Source of the DNA: a virus
Lineage: Duplodnaviria; Caudoviricetes
Length of the DNA: 64,000 bases
Strand: one strand, 5' to 3'
Virus record (IMG/VR): IMGVR_UViG_3300031992_000007
Coordinates: 160,001-224,000 of that record
In this document: piece by piece, positions 1 to 10,152 of the stretch
How positions within the stretch are numbered: the stretch's first letter is position 1
Layout of the letters: every line of letters begins with the position of its first letter
Translations under genes and position numbers: made by a program
The notes under the pieces: generated by a model
What the model was told of the DNA's origin: nothing
Databases searched by the model: none
The model's input: only the letters and a program-made list of their open reading frames with translations

Positions 1-1
1 T

Positions 2-3000
2 GCCTAGAGCTTTAGCACCTTTCTTGAGGATACCTTCGTCAGGAGTCTTGGAGATAGCACGAGCCTTCTTCCAGCGTTCTTCCTCAACTGCGTTATTGAA
101 CGCCTCGAGTTTCTTCTCTGCAGACTTGGAGCCCATGTTGATCTTACGCTGCATCGACTCACGGAACTTAGTGATCTCGGCTTCCTTCATGGGCTCTTCA
201 CCACTGCCACCGAAGAAGAATCTCCAGGTAGCTTTAGCAGCTTTTGTGACTTTAGACTCATCAGGCAGTTTGGCTATCTGACGAGCTTTCTCCCACTTCT
301 GCTGGGCTATAGCCTCATTGAACTTGTCGAGCTTTCTCTCAGCCATCTTGTCACCATGGTCAGCACGAGCCTGCATCTTCTTCTGATACTTCTCGATCTC
401 AGCATCGGTGAGAGGTTTGTCCTGATCAGACTCGAACAACATGGAAAGACCGAGTGTACCAATACGTCTTGTCCACTTGAGGGTAGACTTGACAGCACCG
501 CCAAACTTAGCAAGGTTAGACTGAACCTCCTTGCCACAGAGTTTCCTGGCTTTCTTCCAGTTCTGCTCTGTTACAGCTTCGTCGAATTTCTCGAGGATCT
601 TCTCAGCAGCTTTGTTTCCACCATCGGCCATCTTCTGGAGTCGGGCCCGTTCGGTCTCGACTTCCTTATCGGACATTGGTTTGTTCTCGTCCTTCTTCTC
701 GAAGAGCGTCCCAAGCAGGAATCCAGGTATACCACCAATGGCTGTCATTGCGAGTTTACCCCACTTGACATTGCCCTTGCTGTCCTGGAAGAGTTTACCG
801 AAGAGACCGCGCTTCTCTAGGCCGGCTATCTTGCGAGCGTTCTTCCAGTCGCCCTCGGACACATAGTCCTCGAACTTACTAAGAAGTTTCTCTGCATTCT
901 TGCCCTGAGCACCACCCTTTTCGATGAGGCTGTTGAATTTAGCACGAGTCTTCTCGATCTCTTCCTTCTTCATCTCCTCATCCTTCTTACCGAAGAGAAG
1001 ATTACCAAGACCTTTGGTTACCATCCCGATAGGAGAGTTTTTCCACAGAGACTTGATCAGTCCATCAGCTTCCTGTCCAGAGAGTTCACGAGCACGTCTC
1101 CAGTTACCAGCTTCAACAGCTTTCTCGTACTCCTGAAGAATACGATCATAACCAGGCATGCCTTTGTCAATCTTCCTCTGGAGTTTGTTGCGACCAGTTT
1201 CGATTTCCTTATCGGTAAGAGGATTATCATTACCACGAATACCCTTGATGAGTCCGTGAATACCCAGGACCTTGGAAGTAAACTTCATCGCTTTAGCGCC
1301 GATCTTGGAGTTCAAACCAAGTGCGGAGTACATGCGATCTTCACCAGTCAGCTGGTTCTCTTTGGAGATACCATTAGAAGCACCAAGGTTCTCAAGAGTG
1401 TTCTTCTTAGAGAATCCCTTAACACCACGGTAGATACCGTAACCAGCAAGGGCTGCAAGAGCAGCAGGACCAAGAACAGCACCGAGTGAACCGAGGGCCG
1501 CGGTGCCACCAGCAGCTGCTGCACCAGTGGCAGCAGTTCCTGCCGCAGCTGTACCCGCAGCGGCCGTAGTTCCGGCAGCCGCACTACCAGCTCCGAAGAG
1601 ACTACCAAGCCCACCAAGTTTAGCGGCAATTCCGGCCACACCAGGTATCTTCGTAACTAGACCACCGGCTTTAGCTGCCAGCCCACCTAGTTTACCAACA
1701 CCCGGAATCTTGCCAAGAAGTCCACCAACCTTACCGAGGCCAGGTATTTTGCCAAGCAAACCACCGAGACCTTTGAAAGCTCCGCCAAGCATTCCAGGAA
1801 GTTTACCAAGGATGCCTCCGAAACCTTTAACCATAGTTCCAAGGTGACCACCAAGTCCCTTAAGCATGATACCGAGCTTACCACCAAGAGTCTTGGTAAA
1901 TCCACCCAGCTTGCTTCCGAAACCTTTGATCATTCCCTTGGACCAGGTCTTGGCTCCTTCGAACCAACCCTTCATCATCTTTCCGTACTTAGTGTTACCG
2001 AGTTTATCGGTCATCCACTTCTTGGCTTTGCCCCAGAGACCACTGTCTCCGTTACCACCATCTTTACCTTCACCTTCTTCATTCTTCTTACGCCAATCTA
2101 CATCGACGTGTTCAGCGAAGGTAGGACCTTTCTTCTCCTTGTCAGCATTCTGCATCTGGTCGGCGTAAGTACCATCGACGTCACCATCTCCGTCAGCATC
2201 ACCAGCTGCTTTCTTCTTATCCGAAGCTATAAGTTCGACGTCATCACGGATCTTCTTAACAGCATCGAGCAGTTCCTTGTTAACATCGGTTCCACTGCCT
2301 GTATCAATACCGAAGACACGACCAAGGACTTTACCAACGCCTTTAGCTGCTCCCATTCCAAGACCGAAGAGTCCCTTGAAGACAGTGGCGTACAATCCAC
2401 CAGCTCCCTTAAGACCCTTACCAAGGAAAGGAGTAAGTTTCTCTATGGCATTCGCAGTGGCTCCTACGAGTCCTCTAGTTCCTGCATTCATCGAGAGCTT
2501 CTTGCCATTAGCATCAACAAGTCCAGCCTTGATGTCCTCTTCAGAGATGAGCATCTTGGAAATACCAGCAGCATCTTTCTCAACCGGATCGTAAACAGGT
2601 TCGTGGATGTCAGAAGAGTATTTAACCCTTGTTCCATCTTTGAATACGACACCAGGATCACGTTCCTGTTTGAGACGGGTCAGGATGGGTTTGTCCATGT
2701 GACCCTTAACATAAATGTCGCAGTAAGGCTCTGCAGACTTACCGAATACAACGTTACTAGCAGTCTTGAACATACTGCCCGCAAGCTTGAAAGCCCCAGC
2801 CACAGCAGCTCCAGTTACTCCAAAATAACTCTTAAGCAGTCCAGCAGCACCACCGAGAAGTTTACCGATAGGAGATCCGTCGGGCATAGACAGACCATGC
2901 TCAAGGTCTTCAGCAGTGATGAGATAGTTTCCAGTCCTAGGATCTTTGACCGGACGATTGATGTCCTTGGAAGCCTTGACACGCTCACCGTTGTCAGCGA

Positions 3001-6000
3001 ACACTACACCAGGGTCTTCCTTCTGCATGCGAGCAGAGACAAGAGGAGCACCACCTTCTTCACCTTTGCGGTAGATGTCAACGAAAGTAGGTTTCTCAAC
3101 CATCCACTTAGCTGCCTTGGCAGCCTTGTTGACTACATTGCCAGCGAATCCGAACGCTCCCTTGAGAGCACTGCCTGCACCCTTGAGTGCACCACCATAA
3201 ACAAGACCAGCGTAGTGACCAAGGCCCTTAGCAACTTTACCAGCAGCACCAGCAGCGGATTTGATACCACCGCCGATCATCTGGAGCATACCTCTCTTCT
3301 TGATGTAGCCACCCTGTTCAAGGGCAGAGATAAGAGCATCGTGGTTGAAGCCGTTACCGTCTCCACCACCTCCACCAGCCGTACCGATCTTCTCGGTAAT
3401 AGCTGCAAGGAGCTGCTCCTGCGAACCTTTCCAAGTAGCCATCGTGTCGAAGAGAATACCCATCTCTTCAGAGTTCTGTTTCTTCCACTCATCGATCTGC
3501 TCAGTGCGGAACTCAGACTGGAACTTGAACTCCTCAAGGATCTGTTTGAGAGTCTCTGCTTTCTCGTCAGACATACCAGCAAGAGGATCATCAACACTAG
3601 CAGTCGTGTCAGCCTTCTCCCTAGCATCAAGCAGGGTCTGGTTGACAGTCATGATAGCGTCGATAACACTCGTTGGTTTGGACGAATCCTTACTAGCAAA
3701 TACAGTGTTGATAACGGCATTGATACCAGCAGTCTGTGTCTCGAGATTGTGCAGGGTTTCTCTGCAGCTGTCCATGAACACCTTGAATACCGTAAGATCC
3801 TCATCTGAGAAAGTTACGTTAGAAGGACCAGCTGGAGGAGTGAAAAGAGGTTCTCCACCCCCACCTACAGCAGCATCAACTACTTTCTTCTTAACAGACC
3901 CAACAGTCTTCTTGACACTTTCAGGAGTGTGCTTGTCAACGGTTTCCTTGACCTGAGACAACACTTCAGCCGTCTTGGTCTGAACAGCTTGGGTTATGTC
4001 AGCAGCTGCTTTCTTGATACCCTCCTTGTCGGTAGGTATCTTCTCAACGGTCTTGGTGATAGTGTCCTTGACTGTGGAAAGAAGTTCAGCAGCTTCTTCC
4101 TTAGAAGTAGGAATGACGTCGCCGACCTTCTTAACAACATTCTTGACACTTTCTGGTGCGTGTTCGTCGTAGGCTTTGCCAACAGCTGCAGCAGCTGCTT
4201 TAGCAGCACCGGTTGCCTTATCGATACCCTTGTCTATCTTAGCACGAGTTTCCTCGGAGACATGGGATTCGTAGAACTCCTTGGCTGTTTGCTTGGTTTT
4301 CTCAGCCTTATCGACTACAGCATCCTTGATCTCCTCGAACTTCTCCTTGGAAGAAGCACGAAGCTTGTCCATAGCAGCCTTAGGATCTTCACGGATCTCT
4401 TTGGCAAGATCCATCACCTTCTGTCCGCCTTCTTTACCAGCGTTCAGCAGGTCGATACCTTTAGCTTCCAGGTCGGCAAGAATACCAGCACGATAGATTG
4501 GGTCAGTTACGATCTTGCTTGCGAACTCACTGAAGTTACTGGCTATGTCTGACAGGAAGGTTTTCGACTGATCGAATTTACCTTTAGCCCTAGCCATGAT
4601 GTCACGCCCGAAAACAGAAGCAGCATCGCGCTGTTTGCCCATCCAGGCGGTCACTCGATTATAACCAGTCTTCTCCTTAAGTTCTGCAATCTGCGCGTCA
4701 GCTTCCTTAGCAGTCTTGAGCTCCTCAAGGCGTTCACTTTCAGCATTAGACGTATCGACCTGTGAGTAGTCGATGTTCGCCTGAGTGTCAGTAAGGTTAC
4801 TGAGGTTGAAGCTGTTGTTGTCGCTGATGATACCAGCTCCAGCAGCAAGCATTTCCTTAGCCTTAGCAGCTGCATCCTTATCAGGACCTTTAGCTTGCTT
4901 CTCTAAAGACTCCTTAGTCTTCAGAGAGTACTTGTCACTAAGGTAGCTACGGTAACCATAGAGTTCGAACAGACGGGGCATTTCGGTTTTGAACGAGTCC
5001 ATCTTGCGGTAGCCATTGATAGCTTCCTCAAGATCCTGGACAAGGTTCTTATCCACATCACCGTCTTCTGCCAAGCAGCCCTGATAGATAGCACGAAGCA
5101 CTTCATCAGGGTCGTTCTCGAAACCCTTAGTAATGTCCTGGATGTACTGACTGACGTAGGACTTGTCTGTACGAGTAAGGTGTTCACCGATAGCAGCCAG
5201 GTTAAGGAACTGAGCCTTGAGAGCATGGTTGATCAGGAACTTGTTGACATCCTTCTCGTACTTCTTGTAGAATGCAGTAGGATCTTCCGTAGTCTTGTTG
5301 TTGGTTACACCAGCCTTAAGCGTAGCAAGTGCATCCTGGAAAATACCACGACGTGTTGCCTCAGCACCATACAGCTTGTCATAGTAGCCTTCCTTGAGTT
5401 CATCTACGGAAGTGAACTTACGGGAATAAACGTTGTAGACCTGTTGCTCCGTATTCTCATCACCAGTACGGAGAATATCGACAGAGTGAAGGATCTTACT
5501 GAGGTAACCAGGGATGATTTCGACGATGCTCTGTCGGGTCATCGTATCGAATGTAGCTGGTTTCTCGCCACGGTCAACTAGATCGTTAGAGCCACTTGTC
5601 TGGGGAGTAAGTCCAGGCAGGAAGTCAGCGAAGAAGTTGAGAACACGACTATCAGAAGCTTCCCAGTTACGCTTGAGGTTAGCACCCTTAAGTGCAAGAG
5701 CGTTAGCGAATCCACCAACACCCTTGTTAGCACTCTTGAGAAGAGGGGCGTATTTCTGCGCCATCTTCTTAAAGATAGGCGAACCACCAAGTTTACCAAG
5801 GAGCCAACCGCCACCTTGAGCAGCGAGGTTCTTCGGGTTGAAACCGCCTCCGCCCATCTCCTGTGCCATCTCCATCATGTCGACGCCCTGGCCTGCCATA
5901 TCAACAGCATCGCCTATGGACGAGACAGTATCGAGAACACGCTTCTTGATGTTACCGAACAGCTTCTTACGGAAGCCGCTCATGAAGTTGGTCATCAACT

Positions 6001-6877
6001 CGCCGTACTTCTGAGTCATCGCCTTGCGGTGATAGTCGCCTATCTCCACCTTGGCCATGTCAGGAAGCATCGTGTTCTTCTGGATAGCCTGAAGGTATCC
6101 ATTGAACGACTTCATCGATTCAGCCAAGAGGTTGTAAGTATCCCTTGCGATGAAGATGTGCTTGTACTTGAGTTCGAGACTCTTCTTCAGGTAAGCAGTA
6201 TGGATCGTCTTGTGGAAGATCTCAGTTGCACGAGCAGACTGGTACAAGTGCCCCGAAGCAGCAAGTGCTGCCTCGTGACGTTCTGCTTCCACAGCCTGAT
6301 CAGCCAAGTGTCTCTGTTCTGCTGCCAGATCAGAAGCCTGCTGAGCTTCCATCTGAGCACCGAAAATCTCATTCAGGGAGTTGGAGATGTACTCAGCTTC
6401 CTGCTGCTCTTTGGTCTGCTGGAGTCCGGCTTCCATAGCTCGGGACTCAGCACGTTCATCAAGCTTCTTGGTGATCTTCTCGTACATCCCCTTAGGGATG
6501 AAGGCCTGAGCCTTAGGAAGGATCTTCCTTGCACTGTTCTCAAGGGTGGTCATCATTGGGGCAAGCTTCTTACCCACCTCATCCTTGAGATCCTTAAACT
6601 CGTTGAAGCTCTCTGTTATTTCGCCAACTACAGGCTCAACGTTCGGCATGGCTTTGAATAGCTCGGATTTGAAACCCGACTGCAAGCCCTGACCAACGCC
6701 TTTAACGCCAGAGATAAGCATGTCCTTGGTGGGGGACATAGGTTTGCGTCCACCACCAGGCTCGGATAAACCACCAAAAGGATCATCTAGCGAAATGTCA
6801 TCGAACCCACCCATCGACCCGAACTCATCATCGAACGATTCGTCCTTCTTACGATCCTGATCGATTTTACTAGCCAT
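2..6877 (-). CDS. Very large virion protein, phiKZ gp181-like / tape-measure-like (partial, >=2292 aa, runs off the left edge)
   Basis: Not in the ORF track, presumably because no stop codon is reached. ATG at 6877 with GGAGG RBS overlaps the upstream TAG. It begins MASKIDQDRKKDESFDDEFGSMGGFDDISLDDPFGG and the same frame reads ...DEGILKKGAKALG at the window start. Ala/Lys/Gly-rich and helical, with Gly-rich repeats. Family assignment is inferred from size, composition and the acidic N-terminus. Confidence 0.7.
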   Translation of the reverse strand, partial: MASKIDQDRKKDESFDDEFGSMGGFDDISLDDPFGGLSEPGGGRKPMSPTKDMLISGVKGVGQGLQSGFKSELFKAMPNVEPVVGEITESFNEFKDLKDEVGKKLAPMMTTLENSARKILPKAQAFIPKGMYEKITKKLDERAESRAMEAGLQQTKEQQEAEYISNSLNEIFGAQMEAQQASDLAAEQRHLADQAVEAERHEAALAASGHLYQSARATEIFHKTIHTAYLKKSLELKYKHIFIARDTYNLLAESMKSFNGYLQAIQKNTMLPDMAKVEIGDYHRKAMTQKYGELMTNFMSGFRKKLFGNIKKRVLDTVSSIGDAVDMAGQGVDMMEMAQEMGGGGFNPKNLAAQGGGWLLGKLGGSPIFKKMAQKYAPLLKSANKGVGGFANALALKGANLKRNWEASDSRVLNFFADFLPGLTPQTSGSNDLVDRGEKPATFDTMTRQSIVEIIPGYLSKILHSVDILRTGDENTEQQVYNVYSRKFTSVDELKEGYYDKLYGAEATRRGIFQDALATLKAGVTNNKTTEDPTAFYKKYEKDVNKFLINHALKAQFLNLAAIGEHLTRTDKSYVSQYIQDITKGFENDPDEVLRAIYQGCLAEDGDVDKNLVQDLEEAINGYRKMDSFKTEMPRLFELYGYRSYLSDKYSLKTKESLEKQAKGPDKDAAAKAKEMLAAGAGIISDNNSFNLSNLTDTQANIDYSQVDTSNAESERLEELKTAKEADAQIAELKEKTGYNRVTAWMGKQRDAASVFGRDIMARAKGKFDQSKTFLSDIASNFSEFASKIVTDPIYRAGILADLEAKGIDLLNAGKEGGQKVMDLAKEIREDPKAAMDKLRASSKEKFEEIKDAVVDKAEKTKQTAKEFYESHVSEETRAKIDKGIDKATGAAKAAAAAVGKAYDEHAPESVKNVVKKVGDVIPTSKEEAAELLSTVKDTITKTVEKIPTDKEGIKKAAADITQAVQTKTAEVLSQVKETVDKHTPESVKKTVGSVKKKVVDAAVGGGGEPLFTPPAGPSNVTFSDEDLTVFKVFMDSCRETLHNLETQTAGINAVINTVFASKDSSKPTSVIDAIMTVNQTLLDAREKADTTASVDDPLAGMSDEKAETLKQILEEFKFQSEFRTEQIDEWKKQNSEEMGILFDTMATWKGSQEQLLAAITEKIGTAGGGGGDGNGFNHDALISALEQGGYIKKRGMLQMIGGGIKSAAGAAGKVAKGLGHYAGLVYGGALKGAGSALKGAFGFAGNVVNKAAKAAKWMVEKPTFVDIYRKGEEGGAPLVSARMQKEDPGVVFADNGERVKASKDINRPVKDPRTGNYLITAEDLEHGLSMPDGSPIGKLLGGAAGLLKSYFGVTGAAVAGAFKLAGSMFKTASNVVFGKSAEPYCDIYVKGHMDKPILTRLKQERDPGVVFKDGTRVKYSSDIHEPVYDPVEKDAAGISKMLISEEDIKAGLVDANGKKLSMNAGTRGLVGATANAIEKLTPFLGKGLKGAGGLYATVFKGLFGLGMGAAKGVGKVLGRVFGIDTGSGTDVNKELLDAVKKIRDDVELIASDKKKAAGDADGDGDVDGTYADQMQNADKEKKGPTFAEHVDVDWRKKNEEGEGKDGGNGDSGLWGKAKKWMTDKLGNTKYGKMMKGWFEGAKTWSKGMIKGFGSKLGGFTKTLGGKLGIMLKGLGGHLGTMVKGFGGILGKLPGMLGGAFKGLGGLLGKIPGLGKVGGLLGKIPGVGKLGGLAAKAGGLVTKIPGVAGIAAKLGGLGSLFGAGSAAAGTTAAAGTAAAGTAATGAAAAGGTAALGSLGAVLGPAALAALAGYGIYRGVKGFSKKNTLENLGASNGISKENQLTGEDRMYSALGLNSKIGAKAMKFTSKVLGIHGLIKGIRGNDNPLTDKEIETGRNKLQRKIDKGMPGYDRILQEYEKAVEAGNWRRARELSGQEADGLIKSLWKNSPIGMVTKGLGNLLFGKKDEEMKKEEIEKTRAKFNSLIEKGGAQGKNAEKLLSKFEDYVSEGDWKNARKIAGLEKRGLFGKLFQDSKGNVKWGKLAMTAIGGIPGFLLGTLFEKKDENKPMSDKEVETERARLQKMADGGNKAAEKILEKFDEAVTEQNWKKARKLCGKEVQSNLAKFGGAVKSTLKWTRRIGTLGLSMLFESDQDKPLTDAEIEKYQKKMQARADHGDKMAERKLDKFNEAIAQQKWEKARQIAKLPDESKVTKAAKATWRFFFGGSGEEPMKEAEITKFRESMQRKINMGSKSAEKKLEAFNNAVEEERWKKARAISKTPDEGILKKGAKALG

Positions 6878-7679
6878 TTGCTAAATCCTCCATATTGAGA
6901 AGTGATTTATCCACAAACGAAAACTTCTTGCACATAATACTCAAGACGTCCTGCAGGTTGATCAAACCAACTTCAGTATCTTCCTTACCAATGTCAGACA
7001 CTTTGAGTCCGACTATGGAACAGTTGGCCAATTCATGCATTTCCATCATGAGTTTCTGCGATGAGGTTCCAAGCTCAAGGAACCCCTTTACATCGTACAC
7101 ACAGATCATGTCCTGTAGTTTGAGAAGACTCTCTGGAACTTCCGCCCAGTTCCTGTAGTTAGTCAACTCTACCCGAACACCAGGGTCAGCAGCATGGATA
7201 GCACTGACAACTGTATTGATAATGTAAGGATGTAGATCCGGATACCTGTTGTTCAGGGTTATCTTCAAAGACCTGTGAGTTTCCTTGGATTCGTTTTCGG
7301 TGTTCACGAATTTGATGATGTCCTGCAACTCCCTTAGGAACTTAGTAGGAAGAGCTGCAGCTGCAAGGAAAGTCTTGTATTCCTTGACAGGACTGTTGAT
7401 GAAATTATCCAAGTCAGACTCTTTCACACCGAGTTTAGGGAAGAACTTGCATACCTCAAGTGTAGGCGCATCAAGGTATTCCATCAAGTGTTCACGGATG
7501 TAGTTGTAATCCTCTGGACCTTTGATGAAAGACATGAGTGCCGACAGCCTGAAATCGAAGAGTAAATCCAGGTCGATGTACATGAACTCACGCTGGGTCA
7601 TCAGGGGCTTCATAGCCTCCATCGCGACCGACGAAATATCGTTCTGGATGACCTCATCAGAAACTGCAGAATTGTTCAT
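6870..7679 (-). CDS. Hypothetical protein (269 aa), coupled to the giant virion gene
   Basis: Full ORF with N-terminal YIDLDLLFDFRL motif; its stop overlaps the next start (ATGGCTAG). Confidence 0.75.
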   Translation of the reverse strand: MNNSAVSDEVIQNDISSVAMEAMKPLMTQREFMYIDLDLLFDFRLSALMSFIKGPEDYNYIREHLMEYLDAPTLEVCKFFPKLGVKESDLDNFINSPVKEYKTFLAAAALPTKFLRELQDIIKFVNTENESKETHRSLKITLNNRYPDLHPYIINTVVSAIHAADPGVRVELTNYRNWAEVPESLLKLQDMICVYDVKGFLELGTSSQKLMMEMHELANCSIVGLKVSDIGKEDTEVGLINLQDVLSIMCKKFSFVDKSLLNMEDLANG

Positions 7680-7728
7680 GTTTTCAAGCCTTTTTATTTA
7701 AAAAGATAACTATACAATGGCGCTCCCA

Positions 7729-7749
7729 GAGCAGGCGATATGCCTGCTC
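7729..7749 (-). terminator. Intergenic hairpin
   Basis: gagcaggc-gatat-gcctgctc inverted repeat; no clear U-tract. Confidence 0.4.
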
Positions 7750-7761
7750 CAGGATGGGTAT

Positions 7762-8274
7762 TTATTCCGCATCTTCAGCAAGTGGGAAACATTCTGGAAG
7801 CGTATCTTCGACCGCTCTTGGAGCGTCTCGTTTACCCTCTAACTGCTCACAAAAATCCTTTACGACAGACTGCAAAGCACGGCGTGTTTTGATGGTGTAC
7901 TTTCGCATCTCAGCAAGCTCTTGAGAGACACTCGTATTAGTCAAAACATGCTTCATGGATTCGTACTGCCGCATGAGGATCGCACGACGGAAACGATAGT
8001 GTATAAGACGATCGTAGTACGCCTTGAGGATTGGGTTCATTCTCGTGGTGTACAGGTCATCTATGTACTTGTCAAGTTTACCGCCTCTTTGAACAGCACA
8101 AGCAACAACCAATGTGTAAGCATACTCCCACATAGGGAGAGATGACAACCACTTCCTTGGGTGATCTTTGATCATGTCCCAGGTTTCGTGGTTGTAGTTC
8201 TCATTGGTGTTTTCAGGGAACGAAACGTGGAACAATGGTGGTCTATCACACTCCCAAAGATGTTCTTCTGCCAT
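7762..8274 (-). CDS. Hypothetical protein (170 aa)
   Basis: ORF with AAGGAG RBS, packed in an operon. Confidence 0.7.
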   Translation of the reverse strand: MAEEHLWECDRPPLFHVSFPENTNENYNHETWDMIKDHPRKWLSSLPMWEYAYTLVVACAVQRGGKLDKYIDDLYTTRMNPILKAYYDRLIHYRFRRAILMRQYESMKHVLTNTSVSQELAEMRKYTIKTRRALQSVVKDFCEQLEGKRDAPRAVEDTLPECFPLAEDAE

Positions 8275-8276
8275 GT

Positions 8277-8813
8277 CTAAACTCCTTTATGCAAACGTTT
8301 GAGTCTACATACAATTTTGGGACAGGAGCCAGAGCAGTCAGTGAGTTTGGCTGCATTGACGACATAGATGTCGGTGTTGGAACCTTCGAGAGGGCAGTTA
8401 GACTTAGAGATGTTCTTCTCAACCGCCAAGAACCGATCCCACAGCTCGCAGAAGCGGGTGATCCTGGTGACAGGTTTTCCTCTGGTGAGAACCCATCGAT
8501 TGACGAACATCTCAATAGCTTTCGTCCCCATGTTTCGTTCGAAGCGCTTAAGGTCCTTAGCACTTGCGTAGGCGATGAACAGGTCGTTGGAATTCGGGAT
8601 CGCACCTCTAGTTGTGTAGATCCTCTTCTTACCCTTCTTCCTATTATCGAGGGCGACGAACGGAAGTTTTCTTGGAGGATCGGACGCTAGCTCGATCTCG
8701 AACAACGGCAACCATTTGTGAATAGAAGACTTGTGTCGTAAGACCTCAGCAAGCCGGAGAGAAGTTTCACGGCGTATCGAATTTTCTTTCTCTCTTAATA
8801 GCGTCGATGTCAT
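8277..8813 (-). CDS. Hypothetical basic protein (178 aa)
   Basis: ORF overlapping the upstream gene; Lys/Arg-rich. Confidence 0.65.
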   Translation of the reverse strand: MTSTLLREKENSIRRETSLRLAEVLRHKSSIHKWLPLFEIELASDPPRKLPFVALDNRKKGKKRIYTTRGAIPNSNDLFIAYASAKDLKRFERNMGTKAIEMFVNRWVLTRGKPVTRITRFCELWDRFLAVEKNISKSNCPLEGSNTDIYVVNAAKLTDCSGSCPKIVCRLKRLHKGV

Positions 8814-9807
8814 TGTTCATGTCCTCTTTAGTTGGTTTGTGAAACACGTCGCCTATTTTGGATAAGAAAGTTTTCTTCTTGGGAGGGGAGACGATACTCC
8901 ACACATCCAGAAGAGAGTCGACTACATCATCCGGGTCTTTCGAGATCTTACCACCGATGTACTTATCACCAAGGTCAGAGAGGGTATTGATGGCCAGTGC
9001 ACTCTTGAACCCATCACGGACAAGAGTCTCAGACATCTCGTGTGCATCCTGATCGATCTTGTAGATCTTCATGGAGTTGGCGAGATTGATCATGATCTGA
9101 TTGACCTTCTCTGAGTGTCGTTTGTTCTTGACGACTTTGGTGAGAACATCATGCAGTTCCTTCTTGATCGTTTCGGCTTTAGCTTCATCGACCTTGAGGA
9201 GCTGGGAGGTAGAAGCCGAGTGACCTAAGATGTAGGTATACACTCTGATAAGCATGTCTCTAACACCACTGACAAACCCAACATCTGTGTATGACCTAAC
9301 AGGCAGGAAACACATAGGTGCGGGAATGAGAGAAGGATAGAGAATGGGTTCTGTCATCTGAGTGAAGATAGCCCTCGTGCAAGCACAGGTTCTTGCATCT
9401 TTAAATTCTCCAGTGGCTTCCAGGAAGGAACGACATACGTGGGAGATGTAGTGCATGATCATGTAAGGATCATTGATGTCCTTAACATACATCATCCGTC
9501 TGAAGTAATCGATCAGGATATGCCAAGAGTTTTCACTGGGCTGCTCAGCCTTGTCCAGATCCACGTCTTTGCGGATTCCGTGATCGAATACACCTTCATT
9601 TCCATTCAAGAAAGCCCTCCACCTCTGGTTAGCTTCTTCGTAAAGAGCATAGATGTTGTACGACCGGATCTGGTTCCGATCAAGGAACTCAGAAAACACA
9701 ATCGGACTGAAGTGACTGTGCGTGTGCGGCATGGTGATGTCAGACAGCATCATTTGACTGAAGAACATATCGGTCTTTTCTTGTGAGACTCCCTGAAAAC
9801 ATGCCAT
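8767..9807 (-). CDS. Hypothetical protein (346 aa)
   Basis: ORF with GAGG RBS; helical; His-rich motifs HTHSH and HYISH. Confidence 0.75.
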   Translation of the reverse strand: MACFQGVSQEKTDMFFSQMMLSDITMPHTHSHFSPIVFSEFLDRNQIRSYNIYALYEEANQRWRAFLNGNEGVFDHGIRKDVDLDKAEQPSENSWHILIDYFRRMMYVKDINDPYMIMHYISHVCRSFLEATGEFKDARTCACTRAIFTQMTEPILYPSLIPAPMCFLPVRSYTDVGFVSGVRDMLIRVYTYILGHSASTSQLLKVDEAKAETIKKELHDVLTKVVKNKRHSEKVNQIMINLANSMKIYKIDQDAHEMSETLVRDGFKSALAINTLSDLGDKYIGGKISKDPDDVVDSLLDVWSIVSPPKKKTFLSKIGDVFHKPTKEDMNNDIDAIKRERKFDTP

Positions 9808-9822
9808 AACTAATACACCTCT

Positions 9823-10071
9823 TTATTTGTAGGGTTTGTGAAATTTCCTGTGTTTACGTCCGCCTCTGTGTTTACGACGTTTGTGAGGCTTCGTAGGATC
9901 GAAGTGTCCGTCGAAACTAGCGCCGACGAACTTAGGACCTGGATAGCTCTTCTCCACTTTGGACTTCTGGTTCTTGTAGAAAGACATCGTCCTACGCCAA
10001 GCGTACAAAGGAGAAGTCACGATACCTTTTAGGAAGTAGTATAGGTATACTACCGGAGCGAACAGTTTCAT
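9823..10071 (-). CDS. Small protein with hydrophobic N-terminus and very basic C-terminus (82 aa)
   Basis: AAGGAG RBS; ends KPHKRRKHRGGRKHRKFHKPYK. Confidence 0.6.
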   Translation of the reverse strand: MKLFAPVVYLYYFLKGIVTSPLYAWRRTMSFYKNQKSKVEKSYPGPKFVGASFDGHFDPTKPHKRRKHRGGRKHRKFHKPYK

Positions 10072-10152
10072 GTAGGATTAACTCCTTTCGGTTAACTTGA
10101 TCATTATATTAAGGCAACTAGACATAAAAAGAAAACAACACCCGACTGGCTC

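Noticed and set aside
24-6661. Long plus-strand ORFs (e.g. 1844-3808 654 aa, 5816-6661 281 aa, 3929-4552)
   Set aside because: Antisense shadows of the giant minus-strand gene; Ser/Leu/Thr-rich nonsense composition and no RBS.
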